Positions 9,031-18,882 of a stretch of DNA of 64,000 nt are shown here, piece after piece. Under the pieces are notes generated by a model. It was given only the letters and a program-made list of their open reading frames with translations, was not told the DNA's origin and did not search any database. The stretch is from a virus (taxonomy: Duplodnaviria > Caudoviricetes). Both the position numbers and the translations under genes were made by a program. Location: positions 1 through 64,000 of the IMG/VR virus record IMGVR_UViG_3300032323_001487; one strand, given 5' to 3'. The number at the start of each line of letters is the position of its first letter. The first letter of the stretch is position 1.

Positions 9031-9917
9031 TACTTAATTTTGCTCCAAGTTAGTGGACCAACGATTCCGTCGTCCAAGGTGATGTCAGCGTGCTTCTTCT
9101 GTAGACCGATAACGGCAACGTGAAGTGCTTGGTCGAATACGCCAGTAACCTCTAGACCAAGAGCCTTCTGAAGATACGCGACGTTTGGTCCCTTAGAACC
9201 CTTCTTGAGTTCGCCCTTTAGTGCTGGCTTAGTTGCTGGAACCGCAACTGCTGGCTTTGCTGGGGCAACAGCAACTGGTGCTGGAGTAGGGACGGGGTTA
9301 GTAGGGGCGACCTTAGCCTCAGCCTTTGCTGCTTCATACTTAGCCTGAACCTTGTTGGCAAACTCTTCGGTGTGCTCTGGCTCTTCGGTTGCTGGGGCAT
9401 CTTCTGGAGTAGCCTTTGGTGCCAACGCTAGTTCGGCTTCTTGAGCAATAAGCGCCTTGAAGAACTTGACTGCGTTTACGAAGCCCTTACCATCTGCTGA
9501 CCAACCGTGAGTCTTACCAGCCCACATCTCCCAGTGGAGGTGAACGCCAGTTGACATACCAGTGGTGCCCATAATTCCTAGGACAGTTCCAGCCTCAATC
9601 TTCTGACCTGGCTTTACCTTGATAGAGCCGTCCTTTAGGTGAGCATAAAGAGTGGTGTAGTTCTTGCCGTTAATCTTGTGAGCAAGAATTACAAAGTTAC
9701 CGAAACCTCCACCGGGTGCGGTTGACTTGGTAGCCTTCAGAACCTTACCTGCGTAAGGGGCTTCAATGTAGAACGGTCCCTTGCCAAGACCGATAATGTC
9801 AGCACCGTTGTGATGCTTCTTTTCCTTCTTGACTGGGTGGATGCGCCAGCCCATTTCGCTGGTAATCTTCCAGTCTTTGCCTAGTCTCCCATCTAGTGGG
9901 TATTGTGCCTTTGCCAT
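9030..9917 (-). CDS. Endolysin: M23 peptidase plus C-terminal peptidoglycan-binding domain
   Basis: HNGAD (HxxxD), YAHL, STGVHLHWE (HxH); LKKGSKG..V..LQ..L...DGIVGPLTW. Confidence 0.92.
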   Translation of the reverse strand: MAKAQYPLDGRLGKDWKITSEMGWRIHPVKKEKKHHNGADIIGLGKGPFYIEAPYAGKVLKATKSTAPGGGFGNFVILAHKINGKNYTTLYAHLKDGSIKVKPGQKIEAGTVLGIMGTTGMSTGVHLHWEMWAGKTHGWSADGKGFVNAVKFFKALIAQEAELALAPKATPEDAPATEEPEHTEEFANKVQAKYEAAKAEAKVAPTNPVPTPAPVAVAPAKPAVAVPATKPALKGELKKGSKGPNVAYLQKALGLEVTGVFDQALHVAVIGLQKKHADITLDDGIVGPLTWSKIK

Positions 9918-9948
9918 AATTAATCCTTAGTGTTTGTTTACTTTAAGT

Positions 9949-10161
9949 TTATGGCAGATACAATTCGCTGATTTTGGACTTTGCGTGATTACGACGACGT
10001 GTAGAAACAAAAGCACGCTGGTAGGCAATGGTCTCTTGTAGGTTGTAAGTCTTTCTTGGCCCTCTGCCGTAGTATCTCTGGGCAGAAGCATAGGCTTCTT
10101 TTCTTAGAGTTTCGGCATCTAGTTCAAAATAAAACTTTAGATAGTCGATAAATTTACGCAT
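9949..10161 (-). CDS. Hypothetical protein
   Basis: Overlapping ORF in the lysis block. Confidence 0.6.
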   Translation of the reverse strand: MRKFIDYLKFYFELDAETLRKEAYASAQRYYGRGPRKTYNLQETIAYQRAFVSTRRRNHAKSKISELYLP

Positions 10162-10435
10162 CTTTCTTTACCTTCTTTACTGGAGCCTTACGCTCTTTCT
10201 TGGTGCCGTCATAAATGAGACCGTCACCGTCGCCATCCTTTGGGGTATCCTTTTCTTCCTTTTCGTAGCGGAAGATGGGGAACGTGATAATCCAGAAACC
10301 GAGAGTAACCAGAATCATTGTTCCAATTAGTTCACGGGCTGAACCTTCTAGAAGAACCCAAGCGGTTCCAAGACCTAGCAAGGTCCACGCTTGGTCAACT
10401 ATGTCTTGTAGTTGCGCTTTGATGTAGTGCTTCAT
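10154..10435 (-). CDS. Small membrane protein, possible holin
   Basis: Two hydrophobic helices and a charged C-terminal tail, upstream of the endolysin. Confidence 0.55.
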   Translation of the reverse strand: MKHYIKAQLQDIVDQAWTLLGLGTAWVLLEGSARELIGTMILVTLGFWIITFPIFRYEKEEKDTPKDGDGDGLIYDGTKKERKAPVKKVKKDA

Positions 10436-10851
10436 TATTTTTCCTTTTTCTCGTATGCCTGACGGCGCTGTTTTAGTAGTTCAAAGTCTTTGACCTTGGT
10501 CTCTCCCATGTAGTCCCACGCATAGCCACCTGCGATAAGCGCGGTGTTGACGGACTCGCTTGAGCCATCTAGGAAGAGCCAACCCAAGATGCGACCATAC
10601 TTTTCAGAAGAGTCTGGCTTCTCGGTGCGAATCACGATGTCTGTGGCGTTCTTGATTAGTTCGCCAAGTTTCTTTTTTACTTCTAGTCCTAGGGCCTTCT
10701 CATACTTATCAGTAGTGCGAGACTCTGGAGTATCGATACCTGCTAGACGAACGCGCTGGGTGTAAGAAATGCTGAAGCCCAAGTCGATGTCAACGTCGAT
10801 GGTGTCTCCGTCCACAACTTTTAGAACTTGCTTGACTCTGTATTCATACAT
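10435..10851 (-). CDS. Thermonuclease (SNase-like)
   Basis: VVDGDTI, RVRLAGIDTPE, KYGRILG. Confidence 0.92.
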   Translation of the reverse strand: MYEYRVKQVLKVVDGDTIDVDIDLGFSISYTQRVRLAGIDTPESRTTDKYEKALGLEVKKKLGELIKNATDIVIRTEKPDSSEKYGRILGWLFLDGSSESVNTALIAGGYAWDYMGETKVKDFELLKQRRQAYEKKEK

Positions 10852-10853
10852 TT

Positions 10854-13337
10854 TTATTGCTTACCTGTTCTTCCTACTGCTGATGCGCTGGCAGTTGCTG
10901 CCATCGCTGCTTGTGCTACTTGACCAACGATGACGGCAGCAACGGTTGCTTCCTGCGCTGTCTCTCTTACTTCTGGCGAGATGTCAGCACCGACGTTAGA
11001 CAAAAGGTTTAGAACTTGAGCAACGGCAACGGCTGCTTGACCGATACCTGGTATAGAAGCGAGTGCTTCGTCAACAACGATGTCGTCTGCTTGAGCGGCA
11101 ACAAGAAGGGCTGTAAGGGCTGCTTCGTATTCTGGGCTACCTTGCTCTGCTGTTAGGAAAGTCTCGAGCGCTGCTTCTTTGATTTCTTCTGCCTGCGCTG
11201 CGGTCAAGTCAGTAGGTGTTATCTCTTCGAAGTTCACCTTGGTCAAGTCATCAAGCGGAGGAAGAACGACAATCTCTTTCTCTTCTTCAGGCTCTTCTGG
11301 CTTAGGCTCTGGTGATGCTGTTGGAGTTGGCTCTGGCTCTGGCTCCTCTGGAAGTGGAATGTTGTCTAGGGCTTCTTGAGCAGATTCGACTTCTTGCTCT
11401 GCTGTAGTAACGGCTTCGTTCATGTCATCAAGAGATGACTGCGCTGTTTCATAAGCGCTCTCTGAAATATTTTTAGCACTCTCCGCGTCAGACTGCTTAC
11501 TAGCCAAAGTTGACTGAGCAGAAACTTCTGAGTTATAGGTCGCGGTGGCTGTAGTTAAAGATGCTTGCGCTGAATCTTTAGTGGCACTGGCTGTGTTCTG
11601 TTCTGCGCTGGCTGACGCTTCTTCTTGTTGCGCTATTTCATAAGCACTCTGAGCAGCAACGACTGCTTGCTGGGAAGTGGACAACGAAGATTGAGCAGAA
11701 GTTACTTGAGACTGGGCGGTAGATACGTTCTGCTGAGCGGTCGCTAACTCACTGTTCGCTATGGTCAAGGCGGTCTGCGCCTGAGATACGGCTAAAGCAT
11801 AAGAAGCATCTGGCTCTGCTTGGGTTGTGTAAGTAAGAGTTCCAACGAGGCGCTTATATGAGCCACCACAAGGGTCTCCCCATATTGAATTGTCGGCAAC
11901 AAGGGTGATGGTGTTGGAGCCTAGATTTTGTGGAGTAGCGTTTGTCCCGCAAGTTGGGTCGTCAATAGCCTCATAGCGCAAGTTGCTTGAGGTAAAGATT
12001 CCGCCGTTAGGCGCTGTGTAAGTTGACTCTCCACCTTCATTTATGTTGACAGACATAGTTGCGGTGCTTGTTTGGACTTGGTTAGCAAACGCCCAACCTA
12101 ATTGGAGTCGAACGTTATTCATCGCTGGACCGTAGGTTCCTGCCCAGAATCCATTGTCTATTCCGTAGATTCCAATGCGGACCTTGGCAACTTCGGTAGT
12201 TGTGTTCGTGTTTCCTTGGAGGGTGACATCTTGCCAAGAGTGGACTGAGTTAGATGTGAAAGAGTTTTGGTGAAGCAAATTATTATTTGCGTCATAGAAA
12301 TAAATACGTAAGCCGTAAGTATCTGCGACTGCTCCTTGACCTATTGAGTTTTGGTCTTGATTCCAAACGCCGACGGTAAAGACGTAGTTAGCGATAATTC
12401 TTGGACTAATAAGAATGTCTTGATAAACCTCTGTTCCTACATATGAATAGTGGAGGTGTCCTGGATGAATTGCTGGCTGACCTGCTCCGTTTCCATCTCC
12501 AACCCAAGGTTGTCCTGTCATAAAGTTGTTGTCAGGAATTTGATAAGTAGTTGGCTGTATTGAATAGGTGGGCTGATTCACTAAAGCCTTTGCTTGGTTG
12601 TAAGCAGTGACGGCAGAGTTATAAAGAGCCTGAGCCTGTTGTTGGTTTGATTGCGCTGTTGATAAAGAAGACTGAGCAGATGCTAATGAAGTATTTGAGG
12701 TCGTCAAACTTGATGCGTCATTGGTGACGACACTTTGGGCATTGGTTAGGTTGGCTAAGGCGGTGGCGGTGGCGCTGGCTTTGGTCGTCAAGTTGTCGTC
12801 AGCCGTGACGAACGCCTCTAATGCTTGGTCATAGGCGTCTTGGGCTTGGTCTCTGGCTGTTTCTGCCTGCTCAACCCTGCCATCTTGTTCGCTCAGAGCA
12901 GAATTTGCCTGTTCTAAGGCTGTTTCGGCTGAATCTAAGGCTGTTTGGGCGGTTTCTAGGGCTTTCTGGGCACCAGACTGGGCAGAAATAGCCTTTTGTA
13001 GGGCTGTTTTAGCCTTGTTTAGTGTTACAGTTGCGTCAGCCACCTGTTTCTGATACTCTTCAGGTGTTGACGCCTTTATAAAGGCAGAAGGAGATACGTA
13101 TGGAAATCGTGCTGAAGATTGATTGGGGTTCATTCCTAGTAGGAGTGGGCTTTGGTTGGCTATTCCTGTTTGGTGTAGCCCTAGTGTTTGCTGCCCGTAA
13201 GGTCCTAAAAGACCGAAAGAAGTAGACTTTAGGCTCTGAGCCTGTGCTTGCTCCGCTAGCATCAGGGGGCAGGCGACTAAAAGCACCGTAGTAAATATCT
13301 GCGGTGCTTTGGTTTTTCTTCTAGAGTTTTTACTCAC
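10854..13337 (-). CDS. Large exported Ala/Gln-rich coiled-coil protein with central beta-rich (lectin-like) domains
   Basis: Signal-peptide-like N-terminus ending AQAQ, heptad Ala/Gln stretches flanking two globular segments, PE-rich linker. Confidence 0.7.
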   Translation of the reverse strand: MSKNSRRKTKAPQIFTTVLLVACPLMLAEQAQAQSLKSTSFGLLGPYGQQTLGLHQTGIANQSPLLLGMNPNQSSARFPYVSPSAFIKASTPEEYQKQVADATVTLNKAKTALQKAISAQSGAQKALETAQTALDSAETALEQANSALSEQDGRVEQAETARDQAQDAYDQALEAFVTADDNLTTKASATATALANLTNAQSVVTNDASSLTTSNTSLASAQSSLSTAQSNQQQAQALYNSAVTAYNQAKALVNQPTYSIQPTTYQIPDNNFMTGQPWVGDGNGAGQPAIHPGHLHYSYVGTEVYQDILISPRIIANYVFTVGVWNQDQNSIGQGAVADTYGLRIYFYDANNNLLHQNSFTSNSVHSWQDVTLQGNTNTTTEVAKVRIGIYGIDNGFWAGTYGPAMNNVRLQLGWAFANQVQTSTATMSVNINEGGESTYTAPNGGIFTSSNLRYEAIDDPTCGTNATPQNLGSNTITLVADNSIWGDPCGGSYKRLVGTLTYTTQAEPDASYALAVSQAQTALTIANSELATAQQNVSTAQSQVTSAQSSLSTSQQAVVAAQSAYEIAQQEEASASAEQNTASATKDSAQASLTTATATYNSEVSAQSTLASKQSDAESAKNISESAYETAQSSLDDMNEAVTTAEQEVESAQEALDNIPLPEEPEPEPTPTASPEPKPEEPEEEKEIVVLPPLDDLTKVNFEEITPTDLTAAQAEEIKEAALETFLTAEQGSPEYEAALTALLVAAQADDIVVDEALASIPGIGQAAVAVAQVLNLLSNVGADISPEVRETAQEATVAAVIVGQVAQAAMAATASASAVGRTGKQ

Positions 13338-13394
13338 GAGACTTCCTATAAGTAGGTGGAGTCTCTCCCTCTATAATTTTACCTTATTTTGAGG

Positions 13395-13631
13395 TCAACT
13401 ATCTTCTGGCGCTGGCTTCAGGTCTTCGTGCCAAACCATTGCCCTAACTGATGCCAGTAACTCGAATGAGACGCTTGTGAGGTCCTCTGTGGCTAGTAAT
13501 AAGTCTGCTTGGCGCTCTGGATGGAATGGGTCTAAGAGGCTCTGTTGGACTTCCTCAAGAACGTGAGCACATAGTTTTATCTTGCGAATGTTGTCGCTAA
13601 CTTGCTTGTCATAGTCATCTAAGAACGCCAT
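13395..13631 (-). CDS. Hypothetical protein, probably leaderless
   Basis: TATAAT 6 nt upstream of the ATG on the minus strand. Confidence 0.65.
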   Translation of the reverse strand: MAFLDDYDKQVSDNIRKIKLCAHVLEEVQQSLLDPFHPERQADLLLATEDLTSVSFELLASVRAMVWHEDLKPAPEDS

Positions 13632-13823
13632 GAATTTATTATACGGGGTGGGGTTTTGGGTGTATTTTAATGTATCACTTTTCTTTGCGACGGTGTTCTT
13701 TTGTGGGAGGAGGGGGGTTAAAAATGGTCGACGTCATTATGAAATAAAGGAAGTGTCGGGAAATGTCAGGAAATCGGGAAAAAGGATACTGATAGAAAAA
13801 GTGAAAAATAATTGATAAAAGTG

Positions 13824-13959
13824 GATAGTATCTCGGAAGGGTGAAAACTGAGATACTATCGAGAAATAGTGAAAGATAATTATTGTTTTGCGATAGTATC
13901 TACAACCTAATACAACCTAAAAACCCAATCAATCGAAGTTCTATTACGCGCATGCGCGT
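13824..13959. repeat. Repeat cluster in the divergent intergenic region
   Basis: GATAGTATCT at 13824 (+), 13851 (-) and 13892 (+); tandem TACAACCTAA x2; palindrome ACGCGCATGCGCGT. Confidence 0.7.
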
Positions 13960-14054
13960 GCGTGTATAGGTGGCAGAAAACACGGTTGAATGGATAAATA
14001 GGTTTTTTACTTGATTGGATAGTAATGGGTTGTATTTGGGTGTAGGATTTAGTT

Positions 14055-14516
14055 ATGACTAATCCATTCGAATTTTTGGACATTGACGAGAACGAAGCCA
14101 AAGAAACTCTGTCCGAAATCAATCGAGTAGGTAATCGAGATAAACGCATTTGTATCTGCGGACACTCAATCAATTACCACTCATTTATTTCGACAAGAGG
14201 ACACCACACTTGTAACGCACAGAAAAATGCTTGTAAGTGTCGAAACCCTAGACCAGTTCTAGAAACCACTAACGCACGAGTATTCAATCGAAAGACACAA
14301 GGTGCTGCTGGACTTCACGCATTGACGCAAGGAATTGCTGGTGCGATGGAAGTTGGGGCAACAATTGAGTGGCTGATTGAGATGAAGTGCGACAAGTGCG
14401 ATACCGCTGGACCAGTAGTCCCAGTTCCAGTAACACAACAAGGAGTGATTAGCAGTAGCGGTCACACTGGATTTGACAAAATGCTATGTAGAGGATGTCG
14501 CACAAATGGACAGTAA
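14055..14516 (+). CDS. Cys/His-rich, probably Zn-binding protein
   Basis: CICGH..H, C..CKC, CDKC, CRGC. Confidence 0.75.
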   Translation: MTNPFEFLDIDENEAKETLSEINRVGNRDKRICICGHSINYHSFISTRGHHTCNAQKNACKCRNPRPVLETTNARVFNRKTQGAAGLHALTQGIAGAMEVGATIEWLIEMKCDKCDTAGPVVPVPVTQQGVISSSGHTGFDKMLCRGCRTNGQ

Positions 14517-15174
14517 TGCTAAACCGCACTACAACGTAGTGATTGCTACACCTGGTAGACAGTTTCACGCTGACTATGTGATGTCGCTAATGGAAACAAC
14601 TAAGTGGCTGAATGAGAATGGGCTGACTTACACGATGCTCAATACCTATTCGTCATTCGTGCCAAGTGCCAGAGAAATGACAGCAACTGGAACCTACGTT
14701 CACAACTGGGAAACTAAAGAAGTTGGAAGTGGCAAATTCACTTACGACAAAATCTTCTGGATTGATTCAGACATCTCTTGGACCAACGAAGACTTTCGAA
14801 GAATCTACGAGAGCGAGTTAGATGTTGTTAGCGGACTCTATCAAACGGATGTCTATGGAACGGTTGCTTGTAACTATCCAGACAACGAAGGCAGACCAAC
14901 CAAAGTCAACAAAGTTGAGTTCCTATTGTTCGATGAACCTGTCGAAGTAGGTGGAGTAGGTTTCGGATTCGTCGCGATGAAGCAGGGCGTCTTCGAGAAC
15001 ATCCCAAGACCTTGGTTTGGTATCAAGAAAATCAAATGGCCTGAACACGACTTTTTGACTAATGTTGGAGAAGACTATTCGTGGTGCTACAACGCGACTG
15101 GCGCAGGATACAAAATTTGGATTGACCCATTGGTCAAAGTAAATCACCACAAGGAGACTGTCTATGTCGTTTAG
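14506..15174 (+). CDS. Glycosyltransferase (GT-A fold)
   Basis: WIDSD (DxD), GVGFGFVAMK, GEDYSWC, IWIDP...H. Confidence 0.8.
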   Translation: MDSNAKPHYNVVIATPGRQFHADYVMSLMETTKWLNENGLTYTMLNTYSSFVPSAREMTATGTYVHNWETKEVGSGKFTYDKIFWIDSDISWTNEDFRRIYESELDVVSGLYQTDVYGTVACNYPDNEGRPTKVNKVEFLLFDEPVEVGGVGFGFVAMKQGVFENIPRPWFGIKKIKWPEHDFLTNVGEDYSWCYNATGAGYKIWIDPLVKVNHHKETVYVV

Positions 15175-15463
15175 CGACAACATCAAAGTAATGACCATCA
15201 ACTACGCCAACATCAAAAACTGTGACATCTTGGCGTTCGACGAAATTCCAGAAGAGCAAACCAAAGTTCTTCGAGAACTTCCAGAGAGCGAAGAAGCGTT
15301 TCTTCAGAGATTCCAGAAGATTATCCAACTGGCGCTAATTGACCCTAAGCGTTGGAGCGAGTTCGAAGAATTATCTATGGATGATTTCTTTACGTTCTTT
15401 TGGAAATGGGTACAAGCCAGTAGTATAATAGACGACGAAGATGTAGAGCACGGAACGATTTAG
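15164..15463 (+). CDS. Hypothetical protein
   Basis: Overlapping operon ORF. Confidence 0.7.
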   Translation: MSFSDNIKVMTINYANIKNCDILAFDEIPEEQTKVLRELPESEEAFLQRFQKIIQLALIDPKRWSEFEELSMDDFFTFFWKWVQASSIIDDEDVEHGTI

Positions 15464-15696
15464 TGGCAAACATCTGCGGATGGTGTATGACTGGGTATCA
15501 CGACACGTGTAACCCAAAAATTGTTTTCTACGACAAAGTTTGGTATTGTAACTGTGTCCAATGTAAAGACAAGCAAACTGAAGGAGTGACGAATGAGGAA
15601 CCTGTTTCGCAAACTGTTCTACCCGAACCGACCGCTGACACATCAGCACGGTCCGAGGCACCTACTACTAAAAAAGTAAAAAGAAAACTGAAATGA
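15463..15696 (+). CDS. Small Cys-rich hypothetical protein
   Basis: CGWC...H..C, CNC..C; coupled start. Confidence 0.65.
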   Translation: MANICGWCMTGYHDTCNPKIVFYDKVWYCNCVQCKDKQTEGVTNEEPVSQTVLPEPTADTSARSEAPTTKKVKRKLK

Positions 15697-16319
15697 TTGA
15701 CTACACCATAAAGCAGGTGTCGTCCAAAGAATCCAACCAGATGGTCGTGGACAACCACTACCTTCATCGCAAGGCATCGAATATGTATGCCTATGGTCTG
15801 TTCGATGGCGACGAGATGATTGGCTGTGTGATTTACGGGAAACCAGCATCGCCCAGTTTGTGTGTAGGAGTTTGTGGTCCAGAGGAATCTAGCCAAGTGC
15901 TTGAACTAACCAGACTCTGGATTGCTGACAAAACTCCAAAGAACACAGAGTCATACCTGATTGGTCGTAGCCTAAGGATGTTGCCAAAAGACAGAGACAT
16001 CATCGTGTCCTATGCCGAAATCGGAGCAGGTCACGTCGGCACTGTCTACCAAGCGACCAACTGGATTTATACGGGAATGTCCGACCGACACGTTGAGTGG
16101 AGATTAGACGGAGAATCCAGCACACACTCACGCCACATCTTTGACGAGCACGGCGGAGTAAATGGAGCAAAGGCTTTCTTCGGCGACAGACTCGAAAGAC
16201 ACGAGCGCCCACGAAAGCATCGATACGTTTTCTTCAACACTTCATCGAAGCGCAGGAAACGAGAACTCTTAGACAAACTAAGATATAAAATCCAACCCTA
16301 TCCAAAGAAGGAAACCTAA
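15693..16319 (+). CDS. Mom-like GNAT-fold DNA modification protein
   Basis: HYLHR, LELTRLW, NTESYLIGRSLR, VSYA, HVGTVYQATNWIYTG, KHRY resemble the phage Mu Mom family. Confidence 0.8.
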   Translation: MIDYTIKQVSSKESNQMVVDNHYLHRKASNMYAYGLFDGDEMIGCVIYGKPASPSLCVGVCGPEESSQVLELTRLWIADKTPKNTESYLIGRSLRMLPKDRDIIVSYAEIGAGHVGTVYQATNWIYTGMSDRHVEWRLDGESSTHSRHIFDEHGGVNGAKAFFGDRLERHERPRKHRYVFFNTSSKRRKRELLDKLRYKIQPYPKKET

Positions 16320-16727
16320 ATGAAGAAATGGTTCGGAGAGTTTTTCAACAAAATCCGATTTACTAAAACCACCAAGACCGAGGCTGACACCCTGAGAGAC
16401 AACGTAAGCAGAATCGCTCGAGACAACAGAGGCAGATGGGTAATCGACGATTTGGGAAAGCCAGTCCTAAAGACTGACGACCCAGCGCGAATCGCAAAGT
16501 TCAGTAAGCGCCAAGAAGACTACTACCTAGAAGTCGCCAAGAAAGCATCTTGCTGTGGTGGTGGCGGTTCAGGTTGCCAGTGCTCCCTAAAGCCGACGGA
16601 CAACAAAAAGGTCGAAGAAGTAAAGACCGAAGCCAAGCGTCAGCAAGAAAAGTATGGAACTCAAAAGCCAGTTGCTAAGAAAAAGCCAACTGGTGGAGGC
16701 ACCAAAAAAGAACAAGCAACAGAGTAA
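16320..16727 (+). CDS. Hypothetical basic protein
   Basis: ORF followed by a terminator; contains RDNRGRW and CCGGGGSGCQC. Confidence 0.7.
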   Translation: MKKWFGEFFNKIRFTKTTKTEADTLRDNVSRIARDNRGRWVIDDLGKPVLKTDDPARIAKFSKRQEDYYLEVAKKASCCGGGGSGCQCSLKPTDNKKVEEVKTEAKRQQEKYGTQKPVAKKKPTGGGTKKEQATE

Positions 16728-16747
16728 TTTCAAAACAGTTTCAAACT

Positions 16748-16790
16748 AAGCCCCGAAAAAATCACTAACCCTGATTTTTCGGGGTTTTTT
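16748..16790 (+). terminator. Intrinsic terminator
   Basis: CCCCGAAAAAATCA...TGATTTTTCGGGG-TTTTTT. Confidence 0.8.
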
Positions 16791-17014
16791 CTGCCTTTCT
16801 AAATGAAAAAGGTAGCGTTCACCCTCACCTCATCCAAAATTTCGTCCAAATCGAAAATAAAGATTGACTTTATAGTGATAACTGTCAGGTTGTATAAACC
16901 TGCGGGATGAGACACCCTTAGGTTGCCCAAAGCAAACGAACGGGTCGGGCGGCAGTCAGTCTCTCCCCCGAACTGCCGTCCGACTCTTATGAAATAACAA
17001 GGACGTAATTCAAA

Positions 17015-17944
17015 ATGTCAGACCCTCGTGCTATAGATTCGGCAGACCCTTTCTCTACTCCCATCGCGGAGAAGCCAGACGTTCAGGTCGACACTCCAAC
17101 CAACCTCCGCCCCGACCTTTCCCAATATGGAATCGAAGAAGTAGACAAGGGCATCTGCGAAGACACGTATGAGAACCGCGCTGCCTTACGTCGAGCAAAG
17201 ATGAACTGGATTCCTGTTTACGCAGTGAACGGCGTTCCTACTGGAACCATCCAAGCCATCTCCCCCGAGATGCAAACTCAGCAAAGAATGTTGAGCCTCG
17301 ATGAGAAGGTCGCAATTCTTTCAGACCCTAAAAATAAAAACTCGGATTACTTGACGGGCTTCGACCTTCTTGCTGAATCCGAGGGCGACTTGATTGCGCC
17401 ACCTTGGGTTCTCGGCGCGACGCGCGTTTGGGCAAAACTCTATAATGAAGCGAATGGCGATTTCGAATCGCTTGGAAAAAAGGTACCCCCTTTACCATCA
17501 CGTTGTAAGGCCATCAAGGACGACGGCATCCGCTGTCAGTTATGGACTGGAGGACGTCCACAAGATGACGGCTTCTGTCGCGTTCACCTTGGCGCGTTAC
17601 GCAATAAACCGACGGACTCAGTTGAACGTGCTCGCGCACGTCTGACTCAGGTTGCCCCTGTTGCTGTAGACACCCTTGAGCAGTTGATGGAGTCAGCCGA
17701 GTCTGAGCCAGTGAAACTAAAAGCAGCCACAGAAATTTTGGACCGCGCGGGTGTCAGAGCAGGCTTTGATATAAATACTGATGTTACTCTAGACGTCAGG
17801 CCCGCTGCTTCTATAATCGCCGAACGTCTACAACGGTTAGCCCAAAACACCATTGACGCTCAGAGACGTATCGAAGAATCACAGCCACCGACCATTGAAG
17901 TAGAAGTAGAAGAAGCAGAGGTAGTTCCAGATGACGCTAAGTGA
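17015..17944 (+). CDS. Probable terminase small subunit-like protein
   Basis: RC..IKDDG.RC...FCRVH zinc finger followed by VKLKAATEILDRAG, a pattern I associate with actinophage TerS. Confidence 0.5.
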   Translation: MSDPRAIDSADPFSTPIAEKPDVQVDTPTNLRPDLSQYGIEEVDKGICEDTYENRAALRRAKMNWIPVYAVNGVPTGTIQAISPEMQTQQRMLSLDEKVAILSDPKNKNSDYLTGFDLLAESEGDLIAPPWVLGATRVWAKLYNEANGDFESLGKKVPPLPSRCKAIKDDGIRCQLWTGGRPQDDGFCRVHLGALRNKPTDSVERARARLTQVAPVAVDTLEQLMESAESEPVKLKAATEILDRAGVRAGFDINTDVTLDVRPAASIIAERLQRLAQNTIDAQRRIEESQPPTIEVEVEEAEVVPDDAK

Positions 17945-18140
17945 ACTAATTGAGTTAGCGACGGAGCACACCTTACGGCTCGCGGAAGACGTCAAACTTG
18001 CGTCGACTAGAATGGAACACGTGCGGGTCACGGCTCGCGCTAATGAAGCATCGAACTTACTCCACGCCCTAATGCACTACACACCCGACGGATTGCCAGC
18101 AAACAATGTCTCTATTTCAGAAACCGAACCCGACGAGTAA
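17931..18140 (+). CDS. Hypothetical protein
   Basis: Overlapping ORF with SD GAGG. Confidence 0.6.
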   Translation: MTLSELIELATEHTLRLAEDVKLASTRMEHVRVTARANEASNLLHALMHYTPDGLPANNVSISETEPDE

Positions 18141-18882
18141 CGTCGAGCGTTTTGTTGCACAAGCCCTAAGTTATAACGGATACACCGCGAGCGCGGGCCG
18201 TATCAATATCTTCGGCGAGCGCCTTGGTATGAACGGCTTGCCTTGGGACGGTATCTTTATTGACGTCGTGGCCCGCGAAGTCGGCGTGTCCTTACCGTCT
18301 CACATTTATCCGCCCGTCGCGCTCGCGGAATACATGGGGTCGGGACTTTTCCGTGCGAAGCCTCGACGGGGAGACATTGTGTTCTTCGCGACGTCTGAGG
18401 TGATGGACTTCGGCTCGCCTCACGTTGGTATAGTAACGGATGCCTCACGGCACGCGATAGACGGAACGTTCACGACGGTGGAGGCTATGGTCGGAAACGG
18501 CAAGCCTAAGAGTCCGCAAAATGGAGACGGAGTGTATGTTCGCGTCCGTCACCAAACGGAGGTCATCGGATATGCCCGTCCACGTTTTATTTCTTTAGCA
18601 GAACGGATGACCAAAGCGGGAGATGTTCCAACGGTTGTTCCTGCTCAGTTGCGTAACGGCTTGCGTCATAAGAACGTCGAGGTGGTTCAACTCGCGCTCG
18701 CTGGATTGTTCACGGACGTTCGCGGTTTGCCACGGGGACACTTCGATACACGGACTCGACTTGCTTACGCCAGATTCCAACGGAGCATCGGATATCCGCC
18801 TTCGCGTGCCACAGGTGAGGTTGACCTCGCATCCCTGCAACGGCTTGCCGAGATGACGGGTTTGTTCACCGCGAGCGCGTAG
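18106..18882 (+). CDS. CHAP/amidase-like cell-wall hydrolase with a peptidoglycan-binding domain
   Basis: PRRGDIVFF, HVGIV, IGYARP; C-terminal V..VQ.AL...FQRSIG. The usual PWC reads PWD, so the catalytic Cys appears absent. Confidence 0.7.
   Translation: MSLFQKPNPTSNVERFVAQALSYNGYTASAGRINIFGERLGMNGLPWDGIFIDVVAREVGVSLPSHIYPPVALAEYMGSGLFRAKPRRGDIVFFATSEVMDFGSPHVGIVTDASRHAIDGTFTTVEAMVGNGKPKSPQNGDGVYVRVRHQTEVIGYARPRFISLAERMTKAGDVPTVVPAQLRNGLRHKNVEVVQLALAGLFTDVRGLPRGHFDTRTRLAYARFQRSIGYPPSRATGEVDLASLQRLAEMTGLFTASA

Noticed and set aside
13630-14173. ORFs 13630-13815 (+) and 13907-14173 (-)
   Set aside because: They lie in the divergent regulatory gap or overlap real genes, and lack SD or leaderless signals
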